64,000 nucleotides of DNA from Phyllosticta citribraziliensis (Eukaryota): positions 1,550,001 to 1,614,000 of the forward strand of contig NW_027117343.1 of assembly GCF_038025025.1 (NCBI RefSeq). The letters run 5' to 3'. The notes under the pieces were generated by a model. It saw only the letters and a list, made by a program, of their open reading frames with translations. It did not search any database and had not been told where the DNA came from. Positions 1-13,054 of the stretch are shown here, in pieces. Within the stretch, counting starts at the first letter, position 1. The number at the start of each line of letters is the position of its first letter. The translations under genes were made by a program, and so were the position numbers.

Positions 1-1281
1 ATTACATTGATGAGGTTGAGGATTAGGAGAAAAGACGACTGGACCAGGATGGTGACAATTCCTGGTTCGTGGTAGGGGAGCGAAACATCCATGTTCGCGT
101 GAAGGTAATCCTGGGCTTGATGGCTGACGTGGAGAGTCTGAATTCCCTTTCGAGCGCCAAAGTTGCAGCGACAAACCAGAAGAGATACGGAGGAGATGCG
201 GAGGAACTAATGACGTCGTGGCAGGGACCTCCGGCTCGCTAACGCTCGTACTCGCTTAGGCCGGATTACTCATAACCTTATCATGACCAGACTACCTCAA
301 CACCAGCGTCATTCATTTGCAAAAGAGCCCTGCAATTCCTTTACAAGCGTATCAGAGACGCAGGGTCAAAATGAGGGTCTTTCCTCCACGCAAATTTCAA
401 CTTCGACCAAATGCAGCCCCGTGACAGCCCCGTGACGGTTCAAGATATCACCCTTCAAGGAACAACTACGCGACATCCTGATTGTACCAGTGATGGTCCC
501 TCGTGGCATGGCTATCTTGAAAGTGGGATGGCCTCAGGGTCATGTCTCACTCAGCTAACGCGTTTCAATTGTCAACTCGGTGTCGGGGCTCTCACGGCAT
601 CAACGGGCACTAGAAATCCCGTCGCAGATCTGGCCCCAGATCCGCCCCGCTGTAATCCAGCCCGCCCTCGTTCATCCACTCTTCAAATGTTTTGCGTTGC
701 AAGAATTTTTGCAAAACGACTGTCCCCCTTCAGATAAGCACGCGGCTCGGAATCCTTCTCGCTGGGATTACAACTTAGCAGCCGAGGAACGGCTACCAAC
801 TCCCAGCTTTTGAGCGATCGAAGGCATGGCTGTCGCTTGATGATGCGCACGCCCCTTTGACATGGGATGTTTCCAAAGCCATCAAAGCAATGCCGATGAC
901 ACCTTTCGTGCGAGCTTTCTAATCCCTCGAATAGGAATCTACCCACGTTCCGCAGCGTCTTTCTCGAACGACTGGCATGCGCCGAGTGGACTTTCGTCGG
1001 GCGTCTGACCATGAACAACTCGACTGCATGAAGGTCCTGTCCCGAAATATGCCGCCAAGAGAAGCTCCTGTCTCGAAACCAGTCTTGACTACGGAGTCGG
1101 CGGATGCGGCGGGCTGTGCTGGTCCAGTTTCGCGAAACGAATATGGCTCGACGCTTCAGACTTTAAGGGTCGCGTCGCCCTCCCACTGCCGCCTGTCGGG
1201 ACCCTCGTCCGGACACCACCAAATCTAGTCCTGTCAACTTGCCATCGGGTCTGTCGGAACTTCCAGTGCCAACCACTCATC

Positions 1282-4200
1282 ATGTCGATCTCTCAGAATT
1301 TTGCAGACAGCTACATTGCCTTCGAGTCGCTCCGTGCCGCGGCCAAGGACAAGGAAAAGCAACATGGAGAGACTATGACCGTCATTGCTGGTGAATTCGA
1401 CAAGTACACCATATGGGCCGACAAATCTGGCGCTGCGCGCTCCGGGAAGGATTTTCGACTTTCGCTAGACTATCAGCTGCGCGAAGCATCTTTCTACAAA
1501 GACCAGGTCGTCAAGCTGTTGCAAAATCTCCAGGAAAATACGGAAAAGGCACTCTCCATGCTTTCGGATGGCCACAATAATGAAAAGGATGGTCAAGATC
1601 TACCGAAAGACGGGGAAACTCAAGGACTGAAAGGTTCGGATGGAGCTGGTTGCCAAGCGGATGTTCAAGATGCAGAGGTCCAACGAGATGCAGTGGAAGA
1701 CGAGTCGAAGGCCGCCAAGCCGACAGACGACATCGAAACCACGCCAGCTACCAAGAAGCTCAGCGCTGACTTTTGGAAATTGATGAGCTCAATCAATTCG
1801 ACAATCTCAACACTAGAAAAGGTCCCCGTTCGCAACCGCAACTCGATCAACGAGATCAAAGATGAGGAACTAGAAGGTGGTATCGCCCGGGAGCACTTTG
1901 ATATTCTGCACGTCAGAGACAAGCTGCCAGACAAGAACCTTGACCCCAAAGTCATTACGCGCTTGGGGAAAATGATTACGCGCCGACGGCAGCTACTGCT
2001 ATCACTTAGGAGCCGACGCGACGAGTTTCGGATGAGCGTCTCACTTGCTGGAGCCTCGGTACCAAGCCTGAAAAAAGTCGCCGCCTTAGACGCTCCCCCA
2101 AACACGGCGGCAACAGAGAATTTCGACAGCCAAGGACAGGGCGACAAACCGCTACCCAGCATCAGGGACAGCGTCCTGTTCGCCCCGTCTGAGCCTGGTT
2201 CTGCGTCTGGCAGTTCGACGCCCCCAGGCACGCAGGTGGGAAAGCAGCAACCTCAAATACCGCCTCGGCCAAGAAACTCTGCAGGGTTGGGAATGACGCG
2301 ATTCGAGTGCAAGTACTGCTTCATGACGCCATATGTACCGTCCGATACGGAATGGAAGTAGGTATTGACGGAATCCTCTGAAAGGACAAACCATTGACTG
2401 CCGCAGAAATCACATCCTCCGTGACCTCCAACCCTACGTCTGCACCTTCGCTTCATGCAGTCTCGTCGACCGTGTCTTTGAGAATCGCGATGCTTGGTGG
2501 GAGCATGAGATTTCGCATCATCGGTCTCAATTCTACTGCAACACACCCGGCCACGCACGTTACCGAGATCAAACTGCATTTCAATCACACATGCGCGACG
2601 AGCACAATGCGGATCAAGTCCAACCCGAATTACTGGCGCGATTCCGCAGACCAGTCAAGAGTCAAGGCGGCAAATGCAATCTTTGCTCCCGCGAGGCGCG
2701 CGATCTGAAAAGACACGTGGCTCGACATTTGGAGCAGCTTGCACTCTTTTCGATTCCTCGGTCAGATTTCGACGAGGGCGACGGAGGTGCCTCCCGAAGA
2801 TTGTCTCTGAACCCGCAGAGTAAGCCAGTCAGAAAGAGTCAAAGGAACAGCAAAGACAAAGCAAACATCTACGAAGATGACAAGACCGCTCGGGGCAACG
2901 TTGATTCATTGCTCGAGGAATTGATCGAAGCAAAAGGTCTCCAGACCAACGTCCCCGACGACGATGACGATGACAGCACCACATGTGGCACTGGAAGCAC
3001 TGTTGGTCAGTCTCCGAAAGATACTGCAACAACACAGTCCCTCCTAAGGAAATCGGAATCGCGATCAGAGTCACCGATACCCGTGCCCATCAACACGCCG
3101 TACAAGAGGGTGGGAGTGCTCATGTTTACGTGGTCTGATCCACGACCAGCAATATCGGTAAGGGTGACCCGACACTGGCGAATGTTGCTAACAAATCAGT
3201 TTTTCGACCTCGAACACACTTTACGCTGCCGATATCGATTCGATGTGCGCGTCGAGGAAATCCCAACAGACGGAGATGTATCGCAATACTTTACGCGAGG
3301 CATCAGCGACCTGATCCGCGACTTTCGAGGGCGCTCAGACCTCATGATCATCTACTACGCGGGGCGCGCAAGATTTCTGAGCCGGTCGCAGGACCTCGAA
3401 TTCCGGAGCAACCGGGACTTTTTCGAATTCGACGTGCCATGTGCCTCAATGTCATGGAAGCTTATCGAAAGCAAACTTTTGGCCGACAACAATGTCAAGA
3501 GCGACGTACTGGCCGTGCTTGAGGATAGCGCAGCAATTGACTTTGCAAGCGGGAATGAAATTAGCCAGATTCTGGAGACGCCAGACGCGCATGCTCCATC
3601 ATCTTCGTCTTCTTCTGCTTCCTCCGACAATTCTGGCGAAGAGAAGCGCGACAGGTGTTTCCAATTCTTAACCATGCGACGCACAACACCTTATCCGCAG
3701 GCGTCGTTCACCGAGGCCATGAATCAGGTTTTATTGGACTCGACGTCTGGAATCGACGCTTCGGATCTGGCATACCACATGACCCTGCAGAATGAATACG
3801 GCCATGCAACGCGGAACCCGTGCTACGTCTTCCACCGGCTCAATCCACCTGGAAGAGACATTGCCATTGCCCCTCTTCCAGCACCCAAGAAAGAAGAGTC
3901 GCCATTGCCTGAAGTGAGACATGGGAAGGGAGACGGGAAAGCGAAACTATCCCAATCTGATTCTGAGGCCAAAGGGGAAGAAAAGGGTTCAGACTCGACC
4001 CCGGCATCTCCGGCACCCAGCTCCATTTCTGTGAGCAACCACCCGCTCGTCCTGATGGCGAAGCAAGTAACGCTTAAACCTTTCGTATGGCCCGCCCAGT
4101 TCAATCCTTATTCTGCTGAATATGTCGGCATCCCTCGCACGAACCGTGACCGCTTACATGTGCCTGAGCCGGCGTCCAGAAGCTCGCCCTCGCCAATCGG

Positions 4201-6196
4201 TCGCGTCGCAAGTGAGGGTCGTGAAGCCGCGGGTCCAGTGGTGGAGAGAAAACATTTTTCGTTGCTGCACCCACGCTTCCCATTCCGCCATCAACGAGAC
4301 CAGCGAGATCTGCAAGAACGAAAGCAACAAATTCAGACGTCACAGCTCGGTTCCTTCAAATTTGACCAATTTACGCCTTCCAAGCTGGACCAAACTCCCA
4401 GGCGACGTCTACCACGCCGACGCAAACCCAATGTTCCTGTCTACGAGAATGACCTCGACCTGCCATCAACATTGTCCCTGTCTTTGTCTCTGTCCTTGCC
4501 TACACCAACTCTGTCCCTCCCTGGGCCAGCTCCGCACGTTGACCCGGACGCCTACGAGAGACATGATAACGAGGATGATGCCGCTCCAGGCCCGACCGTC
4601 CAGCGACGCCGGCCCTCGCCCACGTTTCTTTCTCGCCGCAATACCATAGCTTCCACGCAATTCCTTGATGGGGGCATGTTCGCACCACAACAGCCACGCC
4701 GCCTCTCACGCACTACAATGAATCATGTCCGCAGCTCAAGCCAAGGCAACCAGTCTCGCACTTTGACGCTCAACCCTCGGAATACGGACACAAGATCCAT
4801 CATTCTCGACTCCACTGATGACTATCTCTACGGCGGTTATGTCGCAAACGAGGATCTCATAATGAATGGGGAGCCGGAGTCGGCACCTGCGCCTCAAATA
4901 CCGACACACATCGCGCGACCTCGACGATCGGCCTCGCGCTCTTCACTGCAGCTGCTCTCCAACTCAATATCGAGACACGGTTCCTTTTCACGGCGACGCC
5001 CGCTGACTGCAAGCGGCAGCACCCCTTCTCTTGCAAGCACAGTGGCCAGCATGCTTGGACCTGCTCCTGGCCCCATTTACAACCCGATGCCGAATCGAAA
5101 TGATAGAGCGACATCAGCACCTGCGCCTGTTGTACCTCTGACTCAACCCGAGCCGGTTGGACCTGTGTCACGAGTGTCACGAGGGCCGGACCAAGATCCT
5201 CAGAAGGAACACCAGAGCCTAAAGCGCTCGGCATCGATGTCTTTGCGCCACTCGTTGTCGCTTCGTCGCTCGATTACGGGCAGTCTGCGTCGATCGGCCA
5301 CACTGATTGGTATTGTGGGTAGTACTCCTGAAAGTGCTCTCCTCAAAGCTACAGCATCCTCTCCATCTCTACCTTACCCGGCCAGTTTGAGATTGGAGTC
5401 AAATTTACCAAACATGAACTCCGCTACGGGCGCGCCCAACGCGCAGAAGGACAACCTTGCCACCAACTCCAACAAAGAAGAGACTGCCAAAGATGACGGA
5501 TCCTCAGACAACCCAACGAACTCCAACACTGTTGAAGCGGCGGCCCCAGCCAAGTCACATGGCGCAGCCGAGTCTGCGCCCGACAACAGAATCAGCGTCA
5601 TCGCACCACTGCCACACATGCCGTCTTTCCCCATTCTCGCCTCATCTTCCCGCGCAACAACCGCTGCCGATCTGTCATCCATACCACTCCCTCCTGCCCC
5701 TGAAGGCACAAACGGCGGTACAAGCGGCGGGCTTCGGCGATCGCCATGGGGTTCGATGCGGCGAGGGCGGTCGCTCCGGCGGTCGATCTCAGGGCTCTTT
5801 AGCGCTGGAGCTAGCACTGGTGGGGCAGGAGTTGGGAAAGGCGACAAAACCAAGACCGAGCGCGCCGAGGAAGTTGAGGTTGATGGGTCTGCCGATGCAG
5901 AGGCCGCGGAAACGCAGAAGCAGAAGCGCGCGCGAAGCCGCAGTCGAGCGTCGAGGGACGGCCAGCGGGAAGACGCCGCTGTTCGGGGATCCGGCGTCCT
6001 CGCTGAGAGCAGCGGCAATCGTGGTAGCGCGGCGGGCGTTGAAAGCGGCGGTACTGGATCCGCTGCCGCTGATGCAGAGAAGAGCAGACCTGATTCTTCG
6101 GGCACGAGCGATATGGAGAAGAAGGCAAAGAAGAAACGGAGTCGCGCCGAACTGTGGGCAGGCTTTCGAGCAGGCGTTAGTCGAAGGGGAAGATGA
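1282..6196 (+). CDS. Large multidomain protein: N-terminal helical region, C2H2 zinc fingers, degenerate caspase-like (C14-like) domain, long low-complexity C-terminus
   Basis: ORF 1282-2361 joins the 2591-6196 frame through a GT-AG intron at 2358-2406, giving FECKYCF...EWKNHILRDLQPYVCTF...WWEHE...CNLC...HVARHLEQLALF, a common fungal C2H2 array. There is a probable in-frame 42-nt intron at 3158-3199 (GTAAGG...GCTAAC...CAG). The exon structure of the C-terminal half is uncertain. Confidence 0.7.
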
Positions 6197-6715
6197 GTGG
6201 TGAGAAGACGAGGACAGAACAGGCTAGAAGGCGAGGTGAGCGGCTGACGCGATGCGCTGGCGACTTCAGAATTCTGCCGCGTTCTTTGTTTGTTGTCGTT
6301 TCTGTCGTTGTTTTGCCGTCGTCTCCTCGTCTCCTCAATCTCATGGACCTCTGGAATCCCGGGCAGGAACATCCTGCAGCAACAGTGTTGTCAACGGGAA
6401 TAAGCGTTCTGTCTTTCCACGGTATGCTTTCGTCCAGTTCTCGGCTCTTTGCTGTCACCTGTCAGATCCTCGCAGAAATTCAACATTCAACACAATCAAG
6501 GGAATACGCCGAAGCACAACATCTTCGTCCACAAACAATGAACAGTATCGCCACACAATGCTCTGCTCAATGCTCACAAGACTCCCTTCTCCAGTGACAA
6601 CGACCTGTACAGATCCAGGACAGAGGTGGGTCTACCTCGGAATTAATATTCGTTTGTCGTCGCTCTACAAAGCTTCTTTGTCGGTGAACAGACAATCCGC
6701 AAAGAACTCGGGAGA

Positions 6716-9700
6716 TTTTATAGGCAGTAAGCTCTCCGCCACCTCGTGCGCCAGCCGCCCGTGTGATAGCCGCTCGACGTGGTCCCGCACATGATCGCCA
6801 GCGTACCGAGCGGGTGTAAAACAGCCGCTCTACTTCTTCGATTTGCAACAGCATCCACAACCTGTCCCTACATCGAAAAGGTCGCGAAGGCACACTCCAC
6901 TGCTGTGACTCGGCATTGCCTAAGAGGCCGGCAACATACTGTCGACGGCTGGCGCCCTTTTTGGTCAATCAGGCTCTCGGTGGACAGTCATAATTCTGCC
7001 CTGTCCCTACAATTGCACAATGACGGCGGCGAGCTTTATCATCCATCGACGGCGTAGAACGGAGTATGAGAGACAGAGAAGTGGGCAGCGGGAAAAAAGT
7101 ACGCATGGAATTACAGTGTCACTCATCTCTGAGAGTGTGCTCAGCGCGCAAGCCGGCAGTAGGAGTGAGGTATACCCATGGTCGCTGTGAAGGGAGCGTG
7201 CAAAGGCGCTGGCTCACAAAATGGAAAAGGAGTGAGGCACTGGAGAGGCTTTTATACCTACGACACCCCCGAGCACCGCCACTACTCATCTGCGACCATG
7301 TTGACAACGCAACCAAGCGCTGCCGAGCATGTGAACGCGAACTGCCTCCGGAAATTGACACAAAAGCGCGACCGCTGTCACTGCTCCCTTGTCAACTTGC
7401 CTCCGCCGCCGGTCCCCCAAAGCCGTGGCCAGCAAGAAGCGACTGGCTCAAAAGGGAGTGGCAGTCCGAAATCGCAGAACTTGTTGGCTCCTCGTTCTTC
7501 TCGGTTGTCCGAGGCTCCTGTTCGTTGTCACAGATGGAGCTGGCCTGGATTTGTGCCAATGGGAAAGAACTATCGGATTGTGCTAGTTGCTAACATAATT
7601 TTTAGACGTTTTCCGTCGTCGCCACAGAATCATGCTGATGGGTGCTGCCTCTACATCTCTCTTGCAAATCAATCGCTGACTTGGGAATCAGAGCAAGCGA
7701 GAACAGAAAACAGAAAACACAAGGCAGTAGACCTCGAAAGTGAAGCTCGGAGCCACCGGAAAGTGAAACCAAACTGCTGTCTGGTTGGTACGCCACAAGC
7801 TCGACAATGGCCTGGCGAAATGATTCTCGTAGCGAGGAAGAGGTGCTTTTATACTGGAGCGGTTGAATCACGAGCGTCAGGCAGCCACGCTGAGCACATG
7901 GATTTCTGGCGGCGATGTCCTTGCATGTGCCTCGCAGGGGTGCGTATAAATCGCGTCTCTGCTCTGCTTCCACCTTTTCAATCTATTTGCGTCTTTTGCA
8001 AAGAAGTGGTCTATCAGAAAACAACCTCCAGAAATTCTGACTTTCGAGGCTTGCGCTGTACGCTACAGAAGAGTCTTTTCCAGCGTTTCCTCTAGCCAAC
8101 GCTCACTTCAGCAAATAACTATATCGCGATCCACCATCAACCGAAAACAGCGGCGTGGAGCATCTACAACGAAGACCGACAACAACCACATCACGCAACG
8201 ACTCGACTGCAGATACCAAACCCACATCGAAATCGAAGAGATCGGAACGAGAGAAGAAACACACACAAGTGGAAGGTTTCGCAGAGCGTGACCGCGACAC
8301 GAAGTGGCATCTGACGGAATGGTACTTGCGTTTGCGATGTGTGCAAGGTGTCGCCCTACGAAGCCCCAAGAGAAGCAGATGAAGGCGTTTTATATCCCAA
8401 CGGCCCTAGATTCGATCAACAGCGACGCTCGGCACAGATCACAAGGACGGCGATCACGCGCTAGCTGACGAGGTGTCTGTGTGCTCTGCTTCTTGACTAT
8501 AAAAGCGCTGTACTGACCTCTGATTTGCGGCGAACTGTCCAACGTCTATGGATGCGCAGAAAGAGATATCACTGAGCAAGATAAAACACTGCGTTTCTAT
8601 GGAGACGGTCTTTGGTACGTTTTGGCTTTGCTTTTGCTGCTTCCCAGTCCTGTCTTCTCTCACAATTCCCAGCATCCAGAGTGTCGTCATTTTCCTCTAT
8701 TCAGGCGCAACGATGGACACCACCACCATCCCTTTCCTCCGTACACTAGTGTCCTTCATCACCACAAGGAATTCCTTCCACTCCAGCAGGGGCATGCAGA
8801 GCAACACACAGAACCACCAAGTCCGTATGTTCGATGTTGCCTTCATCCCTCCGCACAGTGTCAGTTGTCGAAAGGGAATGTGGAAGCAGTGCATCCATGC
8901 TCTGTGGTCGACGAGCTAGGCGGCGCGAGAGGTGGGCAGTATTTATACCCTAACAGCTCCTCACCAACGCACCTCTACCGGCTTCCGGGCCGGGCATCGA
9001 CGCATGTGGAATGGTGTGCATATGGAGCATTCGTCGCTGCCTGCGGAGGTCGGCAGTATAAATACGGCGCATGTGGGAAGCAGTTGTCGCTCACCAGCGG
9101 AGGCGGGAGGAAGAAGCGATTACTCTCCGTCACGAAAGACTTGCTTTTGCGTCCTCTACTTGCACAGCACCTTACTGGAGTCCTGGAAGTGCGGTCTGAC
9201 TTGAATTTTGGCGGGCCATTCTGTCACACAATTAGCCAACGCGTGGAATAATGACGTCTTTCTTCATTGTATTGAACTGCTGGACGACACTACTACGCCT
9301 ATATGAAGCGAGGACTTCGCTCTACCCACCACTGTGCTGGAAACGAAACGGAGAAAGCACAGCGAGAAAGTACCCGCTCGATGACACCATGGTCTCAAAA
9401 GGCAAGTGATGTCGAAGAACTTTGCTTGCCAGCAGCCTGCCCAAAAGTTGCGGATGCAAGAGAAGCAATCCAGGAGTAATGCTTCCCTTTTTATACCTGA
9501 CTGCAGCACGCCACAAGCCACAAGGCACTCTTTTGCCCGCAGTCACATGGATCCTTTACACTTCCCTTCGCGCGAATTGCGCGTGACAGATGACGACGCA
9601 CATACCAGCCCTGGACCCGACGGCGACTACAAAATCTCCGCCCGGAGGATCTGCTGCAACCCCAGAGTTCTCATCACTCTTTCGCGACGTATGGTCTCAG

Positions 9701-12700
9701 CTTGTCCGCTCCAACACTTGTGCCTTTTGTTTGGTACATTAACCCTGACTTCACTGTTAGAGTGAGCCTCCGCTTGAACCACGCCCCTTTCTCCTTGCGA
9801 GGAGTTCCGCCCATCACTTCCCTCCAGCTCAAGGCCGAGCTGGCCTACTCTACCAGATCGAAATTACGGACAACACTATCGCCCATCATGCCTCCAGCTC
9901 AGTCATCGAATCTACAACAATCTACGCGAAAGACACCGCGCAAACAACAGTTCGGACAAAGCAAGATGCACTGCAAAGAGTACTTGTGGTGTTTAGCACT
10001 TCATACGCCACAGGCAGGAGGTTTTAGGAGAGAAGAATTGCGACGAAGGAGCGCACCTTTATACCTAAAAGACCAGGTCGCGCACATGCACTAAACAGAG
10101 GTCTGCAACTAGTCGGAAACACACGTCCCGCGTAACTGACCGCGCAGAGAGCGACGCATGTGCCCTCAACTTCTTCTGCAGGTATAAAGGCACCGTTTGT
10201 TGCCTCCCTTTTCCACCTCCACAGGTTCTGTGACTCTCCACAGCTCTTGAGGCGCAAAACAAAGGAAGAATCCGACTTGTCTATTGTCGTCGCCCTTCCG
10301 ACAAATATAACTGGCTAGGTGGCTAGGAGGCACTTCTACAACAGTCACTTCAGTTTTTCTCTATCAATGCATGGTCCACGTTCGTCGAAATTTCCCAAAA
10401 TAGAGAGAGACTGACGTGCCTCAACAGGTCGAAGCGACAATAAAAAATATTGAACTCCGTAGGCGCTGGACACCATCCGCCAACGCCAGACCCTGCAATT
10501 TTCTACTCTCCTTGACGCAGGAAATGCCAGACAAGAGGCTCCCCACAAGTGTTCTCGAATATCCTGTGATCCCCCAGCAAAGTCTTCCGTGGTGGCATGT
10601 TGAATTGCCAAGTGGGGCACTGGCGTCCTGCAGATGAACGGAAGAGAGACATGAGAAAGAAGTCTGCTTTTATACCCGCAAGAATCCATCAATCACATGC
10701 GCTGCAACTCGCTCTATCACGCCAAAGACTGCCACATGCCACGCAATCAGCCGCGCGCAAGAGCGGTACGTCAAGGCTCCGCCACGGGTATAAAAGATCT
10801 GCCCCTGGAGCCCAATCCGCAATCCAACGAGTCTTTCCCGGTATTCCGCGACTCTTGGAGTTCAAGAGAAAGGGGGTTGACTTGCACCCACGCTGGCTAC
10901 TGACAATCTTACTTTGGCTTCTCGGGGGAGCTGTTTGTGGTAGCCATCCTCAGTTTCCCCTTCAGCAGCCCGCCCGCAGTCCACGACGTCAGCAAATTGA
11001 AATGACGGACAACACCGCTACGCTTCACTAATGCTTAACACCAGCATCGACGCCGTGGAATCCTCCCCATGCAATTCAAACAACAGTGAAGAAACAATGA
11101 CAGAAAAACAGACAAGAGAAACAAGTCTGATACCATAGCTTTAAGGGAGTTGCCCCTTTGATGGCCACACAGAAAGTAGAGAAGTAGGCAACGCAGGAGA
11201 AGCGGACTAGCTTTATACCTGCAGCCAGTCCTTGGGCACGCACGCACATACGCCATGACGCCCGCATCTAGCTAGTTGACGGCCACGTGTCTTGAAGCTA
11301 TCACGCGCTTGCGCTGTAGCCTCTGGCCACGCCTCTCAAGGCATAAAACTCTACTCTCTAACCCCCCTTTCCAGGTCGCTGCTCACACAGCCCTTCAACA
11401 ACAAAGCTTATGGACCCAGAAGAACACTACTTGTGCTTCGGAACGACGAACCAGGAATTATCGGCACTTTGGGGAGTTTCTTTGCGGTAATCCCTTCAAC
11501 CCCTTCAACAACGCGCAGTGACTGAAAACACCGCCACTGCGCTCCATCAACATCCATCATCACCAACCCACACCGCATCCTCCCCATCCCTCTCCTTCCC
11601 ACCTTTTCCCCCGCTCAAAGCCGACAGTAAAACTAGAAACAACACCAAGCAGAAAAGTAGGGCGTGTCGTCAAAATTTGTCCCGCAGGAGTAGTGTGGCT
11701 TGAAGTCTCATGGTGTACGTGTACCGCTGCCTTCGTCGACGACAGACCTACAGAAGAGAGACAGGGTCAACCAGGAGGGCTTTATACCCGCAGCGCGCAG
11801 CCCGCAGCCACGCTCCGCCCGTCACATGCGCCGTCAGTCACATGTCGCCAGGCCCCTGCGCGGTCTGTCGTGGGTATAAAATCGATTCTTTCAACGCTCT
11901 TGGACTGCAAGGAGTTCCTATCGGCCTGCGACGACCCTGAAAAAAACATTGACAAAAGAATCTACTTGCGTTCTGCAGCGACGCTATTCTTCACTCTTTG
12001 CGCGGTCGAGGCCTGCTGCGCGGCATTTCCAGTCCGAGTTTCTTCATCATTACACGCAAGCGACGGCGGCAGTACGTCGAAGTGATGATCAACGCCATCA
12101 GCCATTGACGCCACATAGTCCCCCTTTTACTCTCCCCTGCCCTAGCTGCAAAATCGATAGAAAGGGGAGTCGGCACGACAAACAAGTAATGTTGTTTGAT
12201 TACCTTTCCCAGAGTACTTCCCATGCTGAGAGTCTTCGTCGACCGCTGCCTCTGTCGGTAATGCAGTTGCGGGTTGAAAGTGAGGAGATACGCAGTGTTT
12301 TATACCAGCGGACGCTACCCATGACGCACATGCGCCGCGACCCCCACCACCTGCACTTCTTGGCAGCTGAAAGCCGCTGCGCTGGCACAGCCGCTCTCCT
12401 ATCCTCTCTGGCGGGCTATAAAACTGCATCTTCGCCCGCTCCACCAGCTTCTTTCGCCCGGCAGGCTGTGTCACTCTTGTCGACGCACGAACATGACATC
12501 ATCTCCGACTTCTGGCTTGTAGCTTCCAGAATCTGGGCAAGCTCTTACTTCGGCGGTGGGGAGGCGTGCCGCGATGTCCCTCCACCACCACTCTCCTTTC
12601 CTGTTCACCGATGCAGCGATAAGCTGCAGTGATGCATACCTACATCACCACCACTGAACAATCTCAACAATCTCAATATCATCACCCAATCTTGCCGCAC

Positions 12701-13054
12701 CACCCTCGCTCCTCCGCGCTCTTCAGAATGCAAGACAAGAAAAGCAAGAAAGTGGAAATGCCATCCATATGTAGCATGCACCACCAACGCAGTGTCCGTG
12801 TCTGGACCGCTGGTACCCACGGCGCCCCGGTGCTCCTGCCTGTCGATGAGAGATGTATTGTACAGTTCAAGCCCCGGCGGGAGAAGGGGGTGGGTGCTTT
12901 TATACCTCCACCGCTCACGCCCACTGGCAGCATGGGCAGTGCGCCAGGTTCACATGCCTGTCGGACTCCTTCACTCGTGATAGCGCCTGCATCAGAAGAC
13001 AGGCAGGCGCGCAGCAGGCAGGCGCGCAGCAGGTAGACAAGTATAAAAACACCC
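6716..13054. repeat. Array 1: 12 periodic units, each with an inverted TTTTATAC...GTATAAAA pair
   Basis: Left arms at ~6716, 7250, 7847, 8388, 8941, 9488, 10058, 10668, 11212, 11781, 12298, 12898 (spacing 517-610 bp). Right arms at ~6814, 7357 (degenerate), 7944, 8497, 9056, 9625 (degenerate), 10181, 10786, 11341, 11872, 12416, 13041. Confidence 0.85.

Noticed and set aside
5374..6372. 332-aa minus-strand ORF and 248-aa alternate-frame ORF
   Set aside because: Shadows of the GC-rich low-complexity coding region, with no recognisable motifs.
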